Part shown: positions 1 through 8,677 of the stretch, piece after piece
Layout: each line of letters begins with the position of its first letter
Numbering within the stretch: position 1 is the first letter of the stretch
IMG/VR virus record: IMGVR_UViG_3300012931_000052
Location: 1 to 36,119 of that record
Reading direction: 5' to 3' (one strand)
Length of the DNA: 36,119 bases
Origin: a virus
Taxonomy: Duplodnaviria; Caudoviricetes
Made by a program: the position numbers and the translations under genes
The notes under the pieces: model-generated
What the model was told of the DNA's origin: nothing
Seen by the model: the letters and a program-made list of their open reading frames with translations, nothing else
Database searches by the model: none

Positions 1-7
1 AAATTTT

Positions 8-706
8 ATGGCTACAATTCCAACTTATATGACCAAGAAAGGTGTATTAACCGCTGGTCATGGTATAATCAAAACTGGCACTGCTGCCAGTGAAATTCCG
101 TTTGGGGCTTTTGTAACAAGGGCCGCAGATGGTACAATTAAGGCAACTGTCTGTGCTGGAACCCCCACTTATGACTATCTGGGTGTTGCCGTCAACGACA
201 TGAAGGAACAACGCCCTTACGATGGCTTTTATGCCGCAGGTAAAAAGGTACCTTATGTTGCAACGGGCACCGCCAATGTCATGCTACTCGGTGGACAAAC
301 CGTTGATTCTGGTGACTTTGTAAGGCTTCAATTTGCTTCAACTGCTCTGGGAGCAGGTACCGAGAATACTGGCTTCGTTGTGCCTGAAACTTCCCCTGCT
401 GTAAGGACGGCATATTCTGTAGGTAGGGTCTTGGACGTTGCTGACAGTGGTGCCTCGGCATATAAGCAAAATTTCACTTCCATTAGCAATGACATTGTTA
501 CCTTTGGAAGTTCGACCATCAAGGGATACCTTGACCTGCATGATGGTGATTACCTAGTTCTTGACTCTGATAATCATGCAGAAGTCAATATGGTTGCCGA
601 CGTGAACTATTCCAGTACGGCTATCGAGCTTGTCAAGACTCCACTAGCCCATTCTGGAAATCTGTATGCGTATACCTTGACCCAAGTAGAGATCGAACTG
701 ATTTAG
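8..706 (+). CDS. Probable capsid decoration/cement protein
   Basis: Directly upstream of the major capsid gene; Gly/Ala/Val-rich with the I-P-F-G...G-V-A-V...A-G-x-x-V...G-x-A-x-V pattern typical of head decoration proteins. Confidence 0.65.
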   Translation: MATIPTYMTKKGVLTAGHGIIKTGTAASEIPFGAFVTRAADGTIKATVCAGTPTYDYLGVAVNDMKEQRPYDGFYAAGKKVPYVATGTANVMLLGGQTVDSGDFVRLQFASTALGAGTENTGFVVPETSPAVRTAYSVGRVLDVADSGASAYKQNFTSISNDIVTFGSSTIKGYLDLHDGDYLVLDSDNHAEVNMVADVNYSSTAIELVKTPLAHSGNLYAYTLTQVEIELI

Positions 707-764
707 ATAAAAATATCTAAATCTTATTATATTTTATTAAAAATTATTAGGAGATTAAAATTTT

Positions 765-1694
765 ATGGCTGACACAGGATTACATTATGGTTCCTTTATT
801 CCAGAAGAGGTAGTTACTGCCTGGATAACAACTATTAATGATTATGAATTGAATTACAGACCGGAACTCATCGCTAGGAATATCCTACCCTACAAGGATG
901 TAGGTCCCCAAATCGACATTGATGCAGTAACTCATATCCAGACAACTTCTGGTCGCGCTGGTATCGTGGCTAAAGGTGCCTCACCTGACCCGTTCACCAT
1001 TGCTGCTGGTGTTGAGAAGCATGAGATGTACCAAATCTCAACGGGCTTTTATGTGAATGAGAGAGATCTTGCTAAGACTCAAGGTCCTGTCATGAAGACC
1101 GCTGAAATCAATGAAGCAATGGCCAAGATCCACGCAACCGAAGATTATATCGCCATTAATGGTGATAGCGGTCTCGGCATTACTGGTATTGTTGGAGCTG
1201 CTCATGCCAACACACGTGGCAAGGTACTACCAACCAATGGCACTGCCACTTCAGTTGATGTACCAAATGCTGGTCCGTGGGACAGTTCTGGAGACACCTT
1301 GGATCCTTATGAGGATGTAGTTAATGCCATCAAAATGATGGATCCTAGGTTCAAGCCTTGGGGCATGATCGCGGATAGGGCAACACTATATAACCTGTTC
1401 AAGGTGGATTCTGAGAGGGTGCCTTTTGCCGACTACATTGGCAGTTTGTTTGGAAAAGGCGAGAATGATCGCTCCTGGATGATTGAGTCTCAGTTTACTC
1501 CGACTGGCTACGCATATGTTATTCCTTATTCGCCTCAAGCCGCTGAGTTTGCTGTTTCAACCGAAATTGATGTGGCAGACGACTATCCGAAGGAGAAGGG
1601 CGGAAACTATTGGGTTGAGATCAAGGAATGGTGTAACCCGATTGAGGTTCACAGCCCCAACAGTTTCGTAGAAATCGATACAACTCCCACGTGA
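765..1694 (+). CDS. Major capsid protein, HK97 fold (encapsulin/linocin-like type)
   Basis: 309 aa; AGGAG RBS; 'LIARNILP', 'EDYIAINGDSGLGITGI' and 'DPYEDVVNAI' segments resemble encapsulin-like phage capsid proteins; follows the decoration gene. Confidence 0.8.
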   Translation: MADTGLHYGSFIPEEVVTAWITTINDYELNYRPELIARNILPYKDVGPQIDIDAVTHIQTTSGRAGIVAKGASPDPFTIAAGVEKHEMYQISTGFYVNERDLAKTQGPVMKTAEINEAMAKIHATEDYIAINGDSGLGITGIVGAAHANTRGKVLPTNGTATSVDVPNAGPWDSSGDTLDPYEDVVNAIKMMDPRFKPWGMIADRATLYNLFKVDSERVPFADYIGSLFGKGENDRSWMIESQFTPTGYAYVIPYSPQAAEFAVSTEIDVADDYPKEKGGNYWVEIKEWCNPIEVHSPNSFVEIDTTPT

Positions 1695-1739
1695 AAGTAA
1701 AGAATAATTAAATATTTTTTACTTTAGGAGGAAATTTAT

Positions 1740-2675
1740 ATGGGGAAACCAGCAAAATTTAGTAAATTAACAGGCCCACAAGTTGCATCTTATGCTACAT
1801 TGGACGCGGCATCTGAGGATATGGCCACGGATAGTATCGTCTTTGTGAAGAGTGGTATCGCCAAGAAAGTTACATTTGCGGATGTTGTAGCCGACATGGA
1901 TGGTACTGTAACAAGCACAGGACTGACAAGTACCGACGGTGTTCTGTCAGTAAGCATTGATGGACTTGACGCAAAAGCCATTCCGATTGCCGCAGACTCC
2001 GTAATGATATGTGATAGTGCGGCCACAAATGCACTAAAGGAGTCCACACTTGCAGAACTTGCAATCCCACTCGCTGATACTATGGCCGGTACTGCAAGTG
2101 CAACAGGACTAACTGACTCTAGTGGCGTCTTGACAGTAGCCCCCACTGAGGTTACTGCGGCGGTTGCTGCTGACAGTTTTGTCATCAAGGACGCAACTGA
2201 CAGTAAGGTTCATACTGACACAATAGAAGATGTTGTCGGGTTGATAGCAGGTACTGCAAGTGCGACTGGCCTAACGGCATCTGCCGGTGTTTTGACTGTT
2301 GTTGCCAAGATTGCCCATTTAGAAGCAGCGTTACTTAAACGCGTTGTAACAGTTCCAATGTCTTTTGAGACTGGAGAACAGACTACAACCCGAATTTACT
2401 TTAACAGTAAAGTTACTGTGGATAAAATACGCGGCATTGTTATGAAGGCCATCGCCGGAACAGATAATGGCACTATTACATGCGGTAATTCTACAGGTGC
2501 GTCTACTGCCGGTGTCATTACGGCAACGGCTAGTGACGCACTAAACGTGGAATATGCTGTAAGTCCGAGCACTAACAATGTGGTCCTTGCCGACGGATAT
2601 TATTACTTGACTTCAGCCAAGTCAACCGCTGGCGGAAAGGTACTAGTCACACTAGAAGTAACTGTAACAGCATAA
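1740..2675 (+). CDS. Head fibre/decoration protein with three internal repeats
   Basis: Ala/Thr-rich; repeats MDGTVTSTGLTSTDGVLSV, MAGTASATGLTDSSGVLTV and IAGTASATGLTASAGVLTV; immediately after the capsid gene; AGGAGG RBS. Confidence 0.55.
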   Translation: MGKPAKFSKLTGPQVASYATLDAASEDMATDSIVFVKSGIAKKVTFADVVADMDGTVTSTGLTSTDGVLSVSIDGLDAKAIPIAADSVMICDSAATNALKESTLAELAIPLADTMAGTASATGLTDSSGVLTVAPTEVTAAVAADSFVIKDATDSKVHTDTIEDVVGLIAGTASATGLTASAGVLTVVAKIAHLEAALLKRVVTVPMSFETGEQTTTRIYFNSKVTVDKIRGIVMKAIAGTDNGTITCGNSTGASTAGVITATASDALNVEYAVSPSTNNVVLADGYYYLTSAKSTAGGKVLVTLEVTVTA

Positions 2676-2676
2676 A

Positions 2677-2722
2677 GCAGGATATAACCTAGTTATATCT
2701 TGTTTTATTACTTTATTTTTTA
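2677..2722 (+). terminator. Hairpin plus T-tract terminator
   Basis: GATATAAC-CTA-GTTATATC inverted repeat right after the stop codon, followed by T-rich runs. Confidence 0.5.
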
Positions 2723-2773
2723 CCTGGATTTCATAGGTCTAGGTAAACTCTTATAAAACATCTATGGAGTTTT

Positions 2774-3250
2774 ATGACAAAAATTAATATGTCGGGTACT
2801 AATGTTGGTGCCAAAGCTATTTGTGCTATAGTCGATACAAATGGTACCGTTTTACCTGTTATTGCTATTGATAATGGCGATGGCACTGCCACGTTTAAAG
2901 TTGATGTAAGCAAGAAAAGTAAGGGCACAGTTACTATTGCGCATAATGCTATTACTGGAACGGCCACAAGCGCGGAAGTAGATTGCAGCGGATTTAATAG
3001 CCTACTTGTTCATTGGATTAGTTCTGCCACGGATAAAACCTGGGTTATTTCGATTGTTGGTGCAACCGGAAGCGGATTAACTTTTGTTCCATTGCTTGAT
3101 AAAACAACTGGTTTAGCAGCAAGTGAAATTACTACTGACATAAGCGGATTCTTTGTAATTAGTAACATTCCTGATTATGTAAAAATAGTAGCAACCGAAA
3201 CAGATGATGGTGCGACCGTAACATGTAGAGTCCAGCCATTTAATGCATAA
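2774..3250 (+). CDS. Hypothetical beta-rich virion protein
   Basis: 158-aa ORF with GGAG RBS; Thr/Val/Gly-rich alternating beta pattern. Confidence 0.5.
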   Translation: MTKINMSGTNVGAKAICAIVDTNGTVLPVIAIDNGDGTATFKVDVSKKSKGTVTIAHNAITGTATSAEVDCSGFNSLLVHWISSATDKTWVISIVGATGSGLTFVPLLDKTTGLAASEITTDISGFFVISNIPDYVKIVATETDDGATVTCRVQPFNA

Positions 3251-3266
3251 AGAAAGGGTAATTAAT

Positions 3267-3629
3267 ATGACATTAACATTAAAGTGCCATAAATGTGGCG
3301 AGGAAAAAGAAACTGAATTACATCCAAAAGAATTTGTCTGTAAGAACTGCGGGGCAGTAAACGTAGTCGCTTATGACAACTCTTCCGAAGATAGTGCGGG
3401 TTGTATTCCGCCCACTTCATTTGAGTGGACACTACCGGCAGGTGTCATGGAAGGGCCAACAGGCAAAACTTATGTTACTGCCCAAGGCTCTCATATGACT
3501 AAAGAAGAATACATTGACGCATTCGGCTTAGATCCAGATATGGCCATCAATTGGATGCGAAAGATGGGAGAAGAAGGCAAAGAAGGCTATTTTAATACCT
3601 CTACGCTGGGTAAGAGGAAAAAGAGATGA
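3267..3629 (+). CDS. Zinc-ribbon protein
   Basis: CHKC...CKNC; ATG at 3267 preferred over 3243 because it avoids overlap with the upstream gene. Confidence 0.6.
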   Translation: MTLTLKCHKCGEEKETELHPKEFVCKNCGAVNVVAYDNSSEDSAGCIPPTSFEWTLPAGVMEGPTGKTYVTAQGSHMTKEEYIDAFGLDPDMAINWMRKMGEEGKEGYFNTSTLGKRKKR

Positions 3630-4018
3630 AAGAAATCTTTGTTATATTTTTATTGCTAATGGCTGGGATTGCAGGTGGTATGGATAACTTTAGCAAGGAC
3701 CGGCCCGGTGATGCCATAAAAATAGTATCTTTACCTGACGTAAAGCAATTGTCTGGTACGACCGTGGAATCCCTAATTGAAGTTAGCGCAATGAATCCAG
3801 AATTAGTGAAAGAATCTCGTTGGGTTATGCCAGATATTGGATACATAACCTCTGAAAAGGTTAGTGTCACACAAAACGACAATGAAACTTTGACTTTAGC
3901 CCAGCAAGTATTCTCGACTGAAGCCGTACCAGAATTACCAACTTCAATTGGTAATACATCACCCACAGAAGTATTCAACATTAGTGAAAACAATACAGGA
4001 GGACTAGTTTATCTATGA
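3626..4018 (+). CDS. Secreted or membrane-anchored hypothetical protein
   Basis: Signal-peptide-like N-terminus MKEIFVIFLLLMAGIAGG; ATGA overlap coupling to the upstream gene. Confidence 0.6.
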   Translation: MKEIFVIFLLLMAGIAGGMDNFSKDRPGDAIKIVSLPDVKQLSGTTVESLIEVSAMNPELVKESRWVMPDIGYITSEKVSVTQNDNETLTLAQQVFSTEAVPELPTSIGNTSPTEVFNISENNTGGLVYL

Positions 4019-4224
4019 GACAATTTTTTGTTAAAAAACTAGGCGGCATCCATAAAGCAGATTTTAATGAAGGTTTTGGAGAAAATGAACGACATCAACT
4101 TCTTTTCTTTGAAGGTACTGAGGAAAAGGGACCTTGGTATTTCGAAAATGTCCTAACTGAAGAGAGAAAAGAAAAGGCTATCAAAAACAATTGGATAACC
4201 TTCATGAAGAGACCAATTATTTAG
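4015..4224 (+). CDS. Hypothetical protein
   Basis: ATGA-coupled ORF with AGGAGG upstream. Confidence 0.5.
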   Translation: MRQFFVKKLGGIHKADFNEGFGENERHQLLFFEGTEEKGPWYFENVLTEERKEKAIKNNWITFMKRPII

Positions 4225-4235
4225 GAGTAATCCAC

Positions 4236-4493
4236 ATGGGAATTATTGAAGAAATCGTAGCAAAGGGCCTAACCGAGGCTTGGGGTCTCATGACTCCGGA
4301 ACAGAAGAATGACATCAAGATGGGTATGCTTGCTGGTGAAAAAGGTATCGCTAAATTTAATGCTGTTGTAGCCGATGATCAAGTAGACCCAGAAGAACTT
4401 GAATCTATTATTGTGGAAATTTTAACCGTCTCTGATTCAATGGCTGGTCGTGCCATCCAGGCATATTTGTGGTCCCTGTTTAAGAGTGGTTAG
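4236..4493 (+). CDS. Hypothetical helical protein
   Basis: AGGAG RBS before the ATG at 4236 (MGIIEEIVAK). Confidence 0.55.
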   Translation: MGIIEEIVAKGLTEAWGLMTPEQKNDIKMGMLAGEKGIAKFNAVVADDQVDPEELESIIVEILTVSDSMAGRAIQAYLWSLFKSG

Positions 4494-4748
4494 ATGCTAG
4501 ACTTGGATAAAGACCTCTCAACGAGATATAATTTAACCGTTTATATGTTGGGAGCTGTAATAATAATCGTACTCGCAGTGATGGCACTAAGTGCATTCAA
4601 CATAACGGTACCTGAATTTGTATCCGGTGTCGTTATAATGGGATTCATCACCATGCTCAAAGATGCATATGCTTCGTATTTCAAAGCGCGTGAGGACATC
4701 CAGGAAGCAAGAACAGAAGTTGCAAAAATACAAGCAGAAAAGCTTTAA
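4494..4748 (+). CDS. Holin-like two-TM protein
   Basis: 84 aa, two hydrophobic helices and a charged C-terminal tail; directly upstream of the peptidase. Confidence 0.55.
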   Translation: MLDLDKDLSTRYNLTVYMLGAVIIIVLAVMALSAFNITVPEFVSGVVIMGFITMLKDAYASYFKAREDIQEARTEVAKIQAEKL

Positions 4749-4775
4749 ATTTTTAATTTTTTCCGAGGTGCCTAT

Positions 4776-5513
4776 ATGAAAAAAGCGGTTATCGTTGGGA
4801 TAAATAATTATCCGCAGTATCCCTTGACTGGGTGCGTGAATGATGCTCTGGATTACCAGACGACTTTGTTGGCCAAAGGATTTTCAGTGACTCTAATCAC
4901 AAATTCTCAGGGAACAAAGGCAAACATTCTAAACAACTTACAATATATGGTTAGTAATTCTGTTTCGGGAGATTCTCTAGTATTCGCTTATTCTGGACAT
5001 GGTAGCAAAGTTCCAGACACAAATGGGGATGAACCCGACCAGTATGATGAGGTTTTGTGTCCCATTGACTTCTTCTCAGGTCAGTACATCTCAGATGACG
5101 ATTTGAGGGCAATATTTAGTGGTTTGCCAAGTGGAGTCACTCTGGATGTTTTCTTGGACTCTTGTTATAGTGGAACGGCCACGAGATGCTTGGATCTAGT
5201 TGGCGTAAAGTCGAGGTGCATACCAGGTCCTATAACAAATGGTGCTAAAGCTGCTAGAGTTGTGACCTTGGTCCCTGATTTAAATCATGTGCTGTGGTCC
5301 GGATGTAAAGACAATCAAACCTCCAGTGAGGTCTCGGTTAATGGCGTGGTTCGAGGGGTCTTTAGTTACTATGTTTTGAAGGCAATTAGAATTGGTGGGT
5401 TGAGAGCCTCCTTGATTACTGCCGTTCAGAATGCAGTTGCCAGCAAGGTTGCAAATCAGACCCCCCAACTAGAATGTAGTCAAGCAGAAAGTACCCAGTT
5501 ACCTTTCACTTGA
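4776..5513 (+). CDS. Caspase-family (peptidase C14) metacaspase-like cysteine protease
   Basis: KKAVIVGINNY first strand, LTGCVND, YSGHG (catalytic His), DEPDQYDEVLCPID, DSCYSG (catalytic Cys), SGCKDNQTS and QTPQL; GAGGTG RBS. Confidence 0.93.
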   Translation: MKKAVIVGINNYPQYPLTGCVNDALDYQTTLLAKGFSVTLITNSQGTKANILNNLQYMVSNSVSGDSLVFAYSGHGSKVPDTNGDEPDQYDEVLCPIDFFSGQYISDDDLRAIFSGLPSGVTLDVFLDSCYSGTATRCLDLVGVKSRCIPGPITNGAKAARVVTLVPDLNHVLWSGCKDNQTSSEVSVNGVVRGVFSYYVLKAIRIGGLRASLITAVQNAVASKVANQTPQLECSQAESTQLPFT

Positions 5514-5520
5514 GGTCCAC

Positions 5521-5883
5521 ATGGATGAAATGGGACCGATTCTAACCAAGCTGGGTGAAATGAGTTCTGATATCAAGCATCTTAGGGACGATATGAGCAC
5601 GATTTGCGAGTTCAAAGATGAACTTCAGAAGGTTGCCCAGGAATTTCGGGACTACAAGGAAACCAGAAAGGACCTTCCGATCGAGATATCAGATACTAAA
5701 GAAAAGGTAACTGCTTGTCAGACAAGTTGTCAGCACCATGTTGCAAAGACAGAGGAATATTTTAAGAAAACCGATTATTTAATGACCTGGAGTCATAAAA
5801 TTTCTGGTATTCTTATTGCAATTAACGTGTTGGTTGGTGCAATAATTGTGCTAGTTGAACTAGGCATAATTAAGCCATGGTGA
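5521..5883 (+). CDS. Coiled-coil protein with C-terminal TM helix (XhlA/haemolysin-like architecture)
   Basis: Heptad-rich N-terminus and a hydrophobic C-terminal segment ISGILIAINVLVGAIIVLV. Confidence 0.55.
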   Translation: MDEMGPILTKLGEMSSDIKHLRDDMSTICEFKDELQKVAQEFRDYKETRKDLPIEISDTKEKVTACQTSCQHHVAKTEEYFKKTDYLMTWSHKISGILIAINVLVGAIIVLVELGIIKPW

Positions 5884-6263
5884 CCTACATGAATTTTTAT
5901 GTCCTACTTTTAATTGTACTTTTTTCCTTGATGGTGGTTATTGCTGGATATGCTTTGATTCAGTATAGACAACTTTCTGGTTATATGTTGAAGATCGCGA
6001 TTGTTTTGTGTGTTCTAGTTGGTACAGGAACTGCCCAAGATGATCTTGAACATATATCAGACGGACCAGAAGAAATTACACTGGTGGATGAAAAGCCAAT
6101 TATTCAAGCAGGTGCCATGAAAGAAGCCAACAAAGTCCTGGATGGCTGGGCAGAAGAATGTGCTGTTCAGGCTAAATTTTTACTATTCCTAAATGACAGT
6201 AATGATGGCGTTCCCATGAATAACAGTGTAAACTTAAGTGACAGCAGGATCATTGTGTTGTGA
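5877..6263 (+). CDS. Membrane protein with two hydrophobic segments
   Basis: FYVLLLIVLFSLMVVIAGYALI and IAIVLCVLVG; the true start may be ATG 5889. Confidence 0.55.
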   Translation: MVTYMNFYVLLLIVLFSLMVVIAGYALIQYRQLSGYMLKIAIVLCVLVGTGTAQDDLEHISDGPEEITLVDEKPIIQAGAMKEANKVLDGWAEECAVQAKFLLFLNDSNDGVPMNNSVNLSDSRIIVL

Positions 6264-6341
6264 ATCTTGATGCCGGAAATGAGTGCAGCTAAAAAGAAGA
6301 TTTAAGTTGCACCGTATTGTTTGGGACCTGTATGCTTGGAT

Positions 6342-6482
6342 CTAAAGATTCAATCCAATAGCAGTACACATAAAACCAGTAACAAAGCCTCCAACAAATC
6401 CGACATCTATTCCCTGGCTAGCAAAGCCAAGAATTATAGCAAATGCTACCAGAAATCCAAATATGCCACCTCTAATATTCAT
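6342..6482 (-). CDS. Small 46-aa membrane protein (absent from the ORF track)
   Basis: MNIRGGIFGFLVAFAIILGFASQGIDVGFVGGFVTGFMCTAIGLNL; AGGT upstream; downstream of the 6511..6942 gene on the same strand. Confidence 0.5.
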   Translation of the reverse strand: MNIRGGIFGFLVAFAIILGFASQGIDVGFVGGFVTGFMCTAIGLNL

Positions 6483-6510
6483 AAAAATACCTACCAGATA
6501 GTTGGATGAT

Positions 6511-6942
6511 TTATCCAACTATCGCCGTTGTGATCGTTCCGACGCCGTTTGTCAAGTACACCTTGGTTCCGATTGGGAGTACCTGATTATTTGGTACAGT
6601 AATGGCGTATTTGAAATAGTTAGGCTGAACCTCGTCGAATCCGTCAGTGGCTTCTGGGTATGGGTTTCCAACCAGGACCTCAGTGTAAGGCAACTTGGCA
6701 ACATCTACTGCCTTGTAAGCACTGTTTCCATTAGATTCCTTGGTAATCAAACGGAATCCGCCAATATCGCGGGGTGCTGTACCCAGATTCATGATTGTGA
6801 TGGACGTAGGTGTTGCCTTCATAACGATGTTCGCGACAGCTGGATCCGGCATCCCATCAGAACTGACATCCTCAGCCATTGCGGTCATCATGCTCAACAT
6901 AGCGATCACAAGGATCGCGCCGAAAGTTCCAATTTTAGACAT
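6511..6942 (-). CDS. Secreted or surface protein with signal peptide
   Basis: MSKIGTFGAILVIAMLSMMTAMA signal peptide; GGAGG RBS; own BRE/TATA near 6995-7010. Confidence 0.65.
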   Translation of the reverse strand: MSKIGTFGAILVIAMLSMMTAMAEDVSSDGMPDPAVANIVMKATPTSITIMNLGTAPRDIGGFRLITKESNGNSAYKAVDVAKLPYTEVLVGNPYPEATDGFDEVQPNYFKYAITVPNNQVLPIGTKVYLTNGVGTITTAIVG

Positions 6943-7389
6943 TTTTCTTTTCCTCCAAACGCCTTATCAGGCAAGTACTACTTAGTTTGCTTACTATTTA
7001 AGTCTTTTGGTTCGACTTTTTCTTATCAAAGTCTTAAACCAACAATCACTAATAGTACTTGATAGTATTTAAATTTATTGGTCGAAAGTTACTATATTAA
7101 TTAGTATAAATTTATATAAGTAGAATTTTTCATTTGCTACTTATTGATTTTTAACTAATTTTAACTTATATTATTATTATATATACATTTTATATATATA
7201 GTATTATAAATAGTATATAGTAAGATAATAGAGTAAAATAAGTATTAGTAGACTAATAGTTATAGTAATATGGTAGTTATATTAGGTAAAATAAAAATGG
7301 CCAAAAACTGCTATAAGTAGTAAAAGTTACTATATACGTTCGGACTTACTGACTAATAACGATTTTCAAAAAATAGTATAAGGTACACA

Positions 7390-7539
7390 ATGTCTCGTGG
7401 TTATTTTAGTTGTCCAGACTGCGAACAACTTTATGATGCAGCCAACTGGATGTGTCCGAATTGCTTGGCAAAATATAAGGAGATACTAAAAAAAGAGTGT
7501 TGTAGACGAGAAGAAAATTACAAAAATAATAGTGGTTAG
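7390..7539 (+). CDS. Small zinc-finger protein, 49 aa (absent from the ORF track)
   Basis: MSRGYFSCPDCEQLYDAANWMCPNCLAKYKE...; two CPxC motifs; AAGGT upstream. Confidence 0.6.
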   Translation: MSRGYFSCPDCEQLYDAANWMCPNCLAKYKEILKKECCRREENYKNNSG

Positions 7540-7904
7540 AATTCTGTCCATCTAAAAGTTATCTGTTCTTGCCGACAATTTTCCCCTCGGAAAACAATAG
7601 TCCAAGGCGAGTTGTGTCCCAAACTCCTATATATTCCCTCATACGTGGATTCTGATACGACGCCTTTTCTTCTAGCGATTTCTAGTTTGGCATATATTGA
7701 AATGTGGTCATGGCCTAATGTTCTTGCTAGATGGCCAAGTTCCGATATGAAATAGGATTCATTTCGTTGGCGAGTGACTTCTTCTTGGCGTATCACTGGT
7801 CTATCTACATAATATGTATCCCAACTAGTTGTTACAGTTCCGGACGTATAATAACGCACGCCTTGGATGGGTATATAACCACCTGTAACACCGACTTCGG
7901 GCAT
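7536..7904 (-). CDS. Hypothetical protein
   Basis: 122-aa ORF coupled by a TAATG overlap to the upstream gene. Confidence 0.55.
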   Translation of the reverse strand: MPEVGVTGGYIPIQGVRYYTSGTVTTSWDTYYVDRPVIRQEEVTRQRNESYFISELGHLARTLGHDHISIYAKLEIARRKGVVSESTYEGIYRSLGHNSPWTIVFRGENCRQEQITFRWTEF

Positions 7905-8206
7905 TAGTAGCCACCCACCCGGGAAATATCAGCCATGACAGGCTTGATTGCTGGCTGTGGTTGGGAAGATACTGGCTTCTCTTTTACGATAACTTTTTGT
8001 ATGGGCTTTTCTCTTTCTTTGATTTTCTCCTTTTTGATAGGTGCTTTCTTGGTTTTTTCTTTTTCTTTTATTGCCTGATCACTCACTATTATAGTGTACT
8101 TTGTTTTCTTCTTGGTTATTTCCTTTTTCTGTATGGACTCTACTTGCAGGCGTCCTGCCTGAATTCCTTCTAGTATTATTTGTAGTTCATTATTGTTTTC
8201 TGACAT
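7904..8206 (-). CDS. Lys-rich hypothetical protein
   Basis: AGGAG RBS before the ATG at 8206 (MSENNNELQ); basic low-complexity middle. Confidence 0.55.
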   Translation of the reverse strand: MSENNNELQIILEGIQAGRLQVESIQKKEITKKKTKYTIIVSDQAIKEKEKTKKAPIKKEKIKEREKPIQKVIVKEKPVSSQPQPAIKPVMADISRVGGY

Positions 8207-8208
8207 TA

Positions 8209-8496
8209 TTATTGCTCCTTGATTAAGGTTAATGTAATGAAAGGTTTGGTGTATGTGCAACTTTCTGGAAAATAATATCTCATTGAGATACCACGTGATG
8301 TTGTTGGTATATCTAGTACCCATTCCACTTTCATTGATTTTATGAACGCCTTTCCTCTAAAATGAACGTCTCTATCACTTATTGGTAACATAATGCTACT
8401 ACAATAAGCCGTGTCTGGATGTTTATCCATTATAGACATTAAGTGCTTGAGTTCAACATCTGTTGATGTAAAATTCAATGTGAATTCTTCTGGCAT
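8209..8496 (-). CDS. Hypothetical protein, probably leaderless
   Basis: First gene of a minus-strand three-gene unit; CCAAAAAGTTTTTATA BRE/TATA lies about 25 nt upstream. Confidence 0.5.
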   Translation of the reverse strand: MPEEFTLNFTSTDVELKHLMSIMDKHPDTAYCSSIMLPISDRDVHFRGKAFIKSMKVEWVLDIPTTSRGISMRYYFPESCTYTKPFITLTLIKEQ

Positions 8497-8628
8497 GCTA
8501 CGTTATAACTTTTTCTAGGTATAAAAACTTTTTGGATAACTATTATTTAAATCTTTTTGATTTACCACCATATTTACTTTTACCTATTTATACTTTTTGC
8601 TCGTTGTTTATATTGGTTGTTTAGGCCG

Positions 8629-8645
8629 CCAAAAACTATAAATAC
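8629..8645 (+). promoter_or_regulatory. Archaeal-type BRE-TATA promoter of the amidoligase operon
   Basis: CCAAAAAC-TATAAATA, followed by a GGTGA RBS and the ATG at 8678. Confidence 0.6.
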
Positions 8646-8677
8646 TACCAAGCAAAAGTTGAAGTTGGTGATAAAAC

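Noticed and set aside
765-1694. Cellular encapsulin nanocompartment
   Set aside because: It is embedded in a full head-neck-tail gene set, so it is a viral capsid protein.
2752-2776. ATAAAAC-N9-GTTTTAT as a fourth late motif
   Set aside because: The spacing differs and the ATCG and CCAATATGATT flanks are missing; at most a weak hairpin over the RBS.
6502-7062. 186-aa + strand ORF, and the 6321..6509 ORF
   Set aside because: Antisense shadows of minus-strand genes that have an RBS, a promoter and signal-peptide or TM features.
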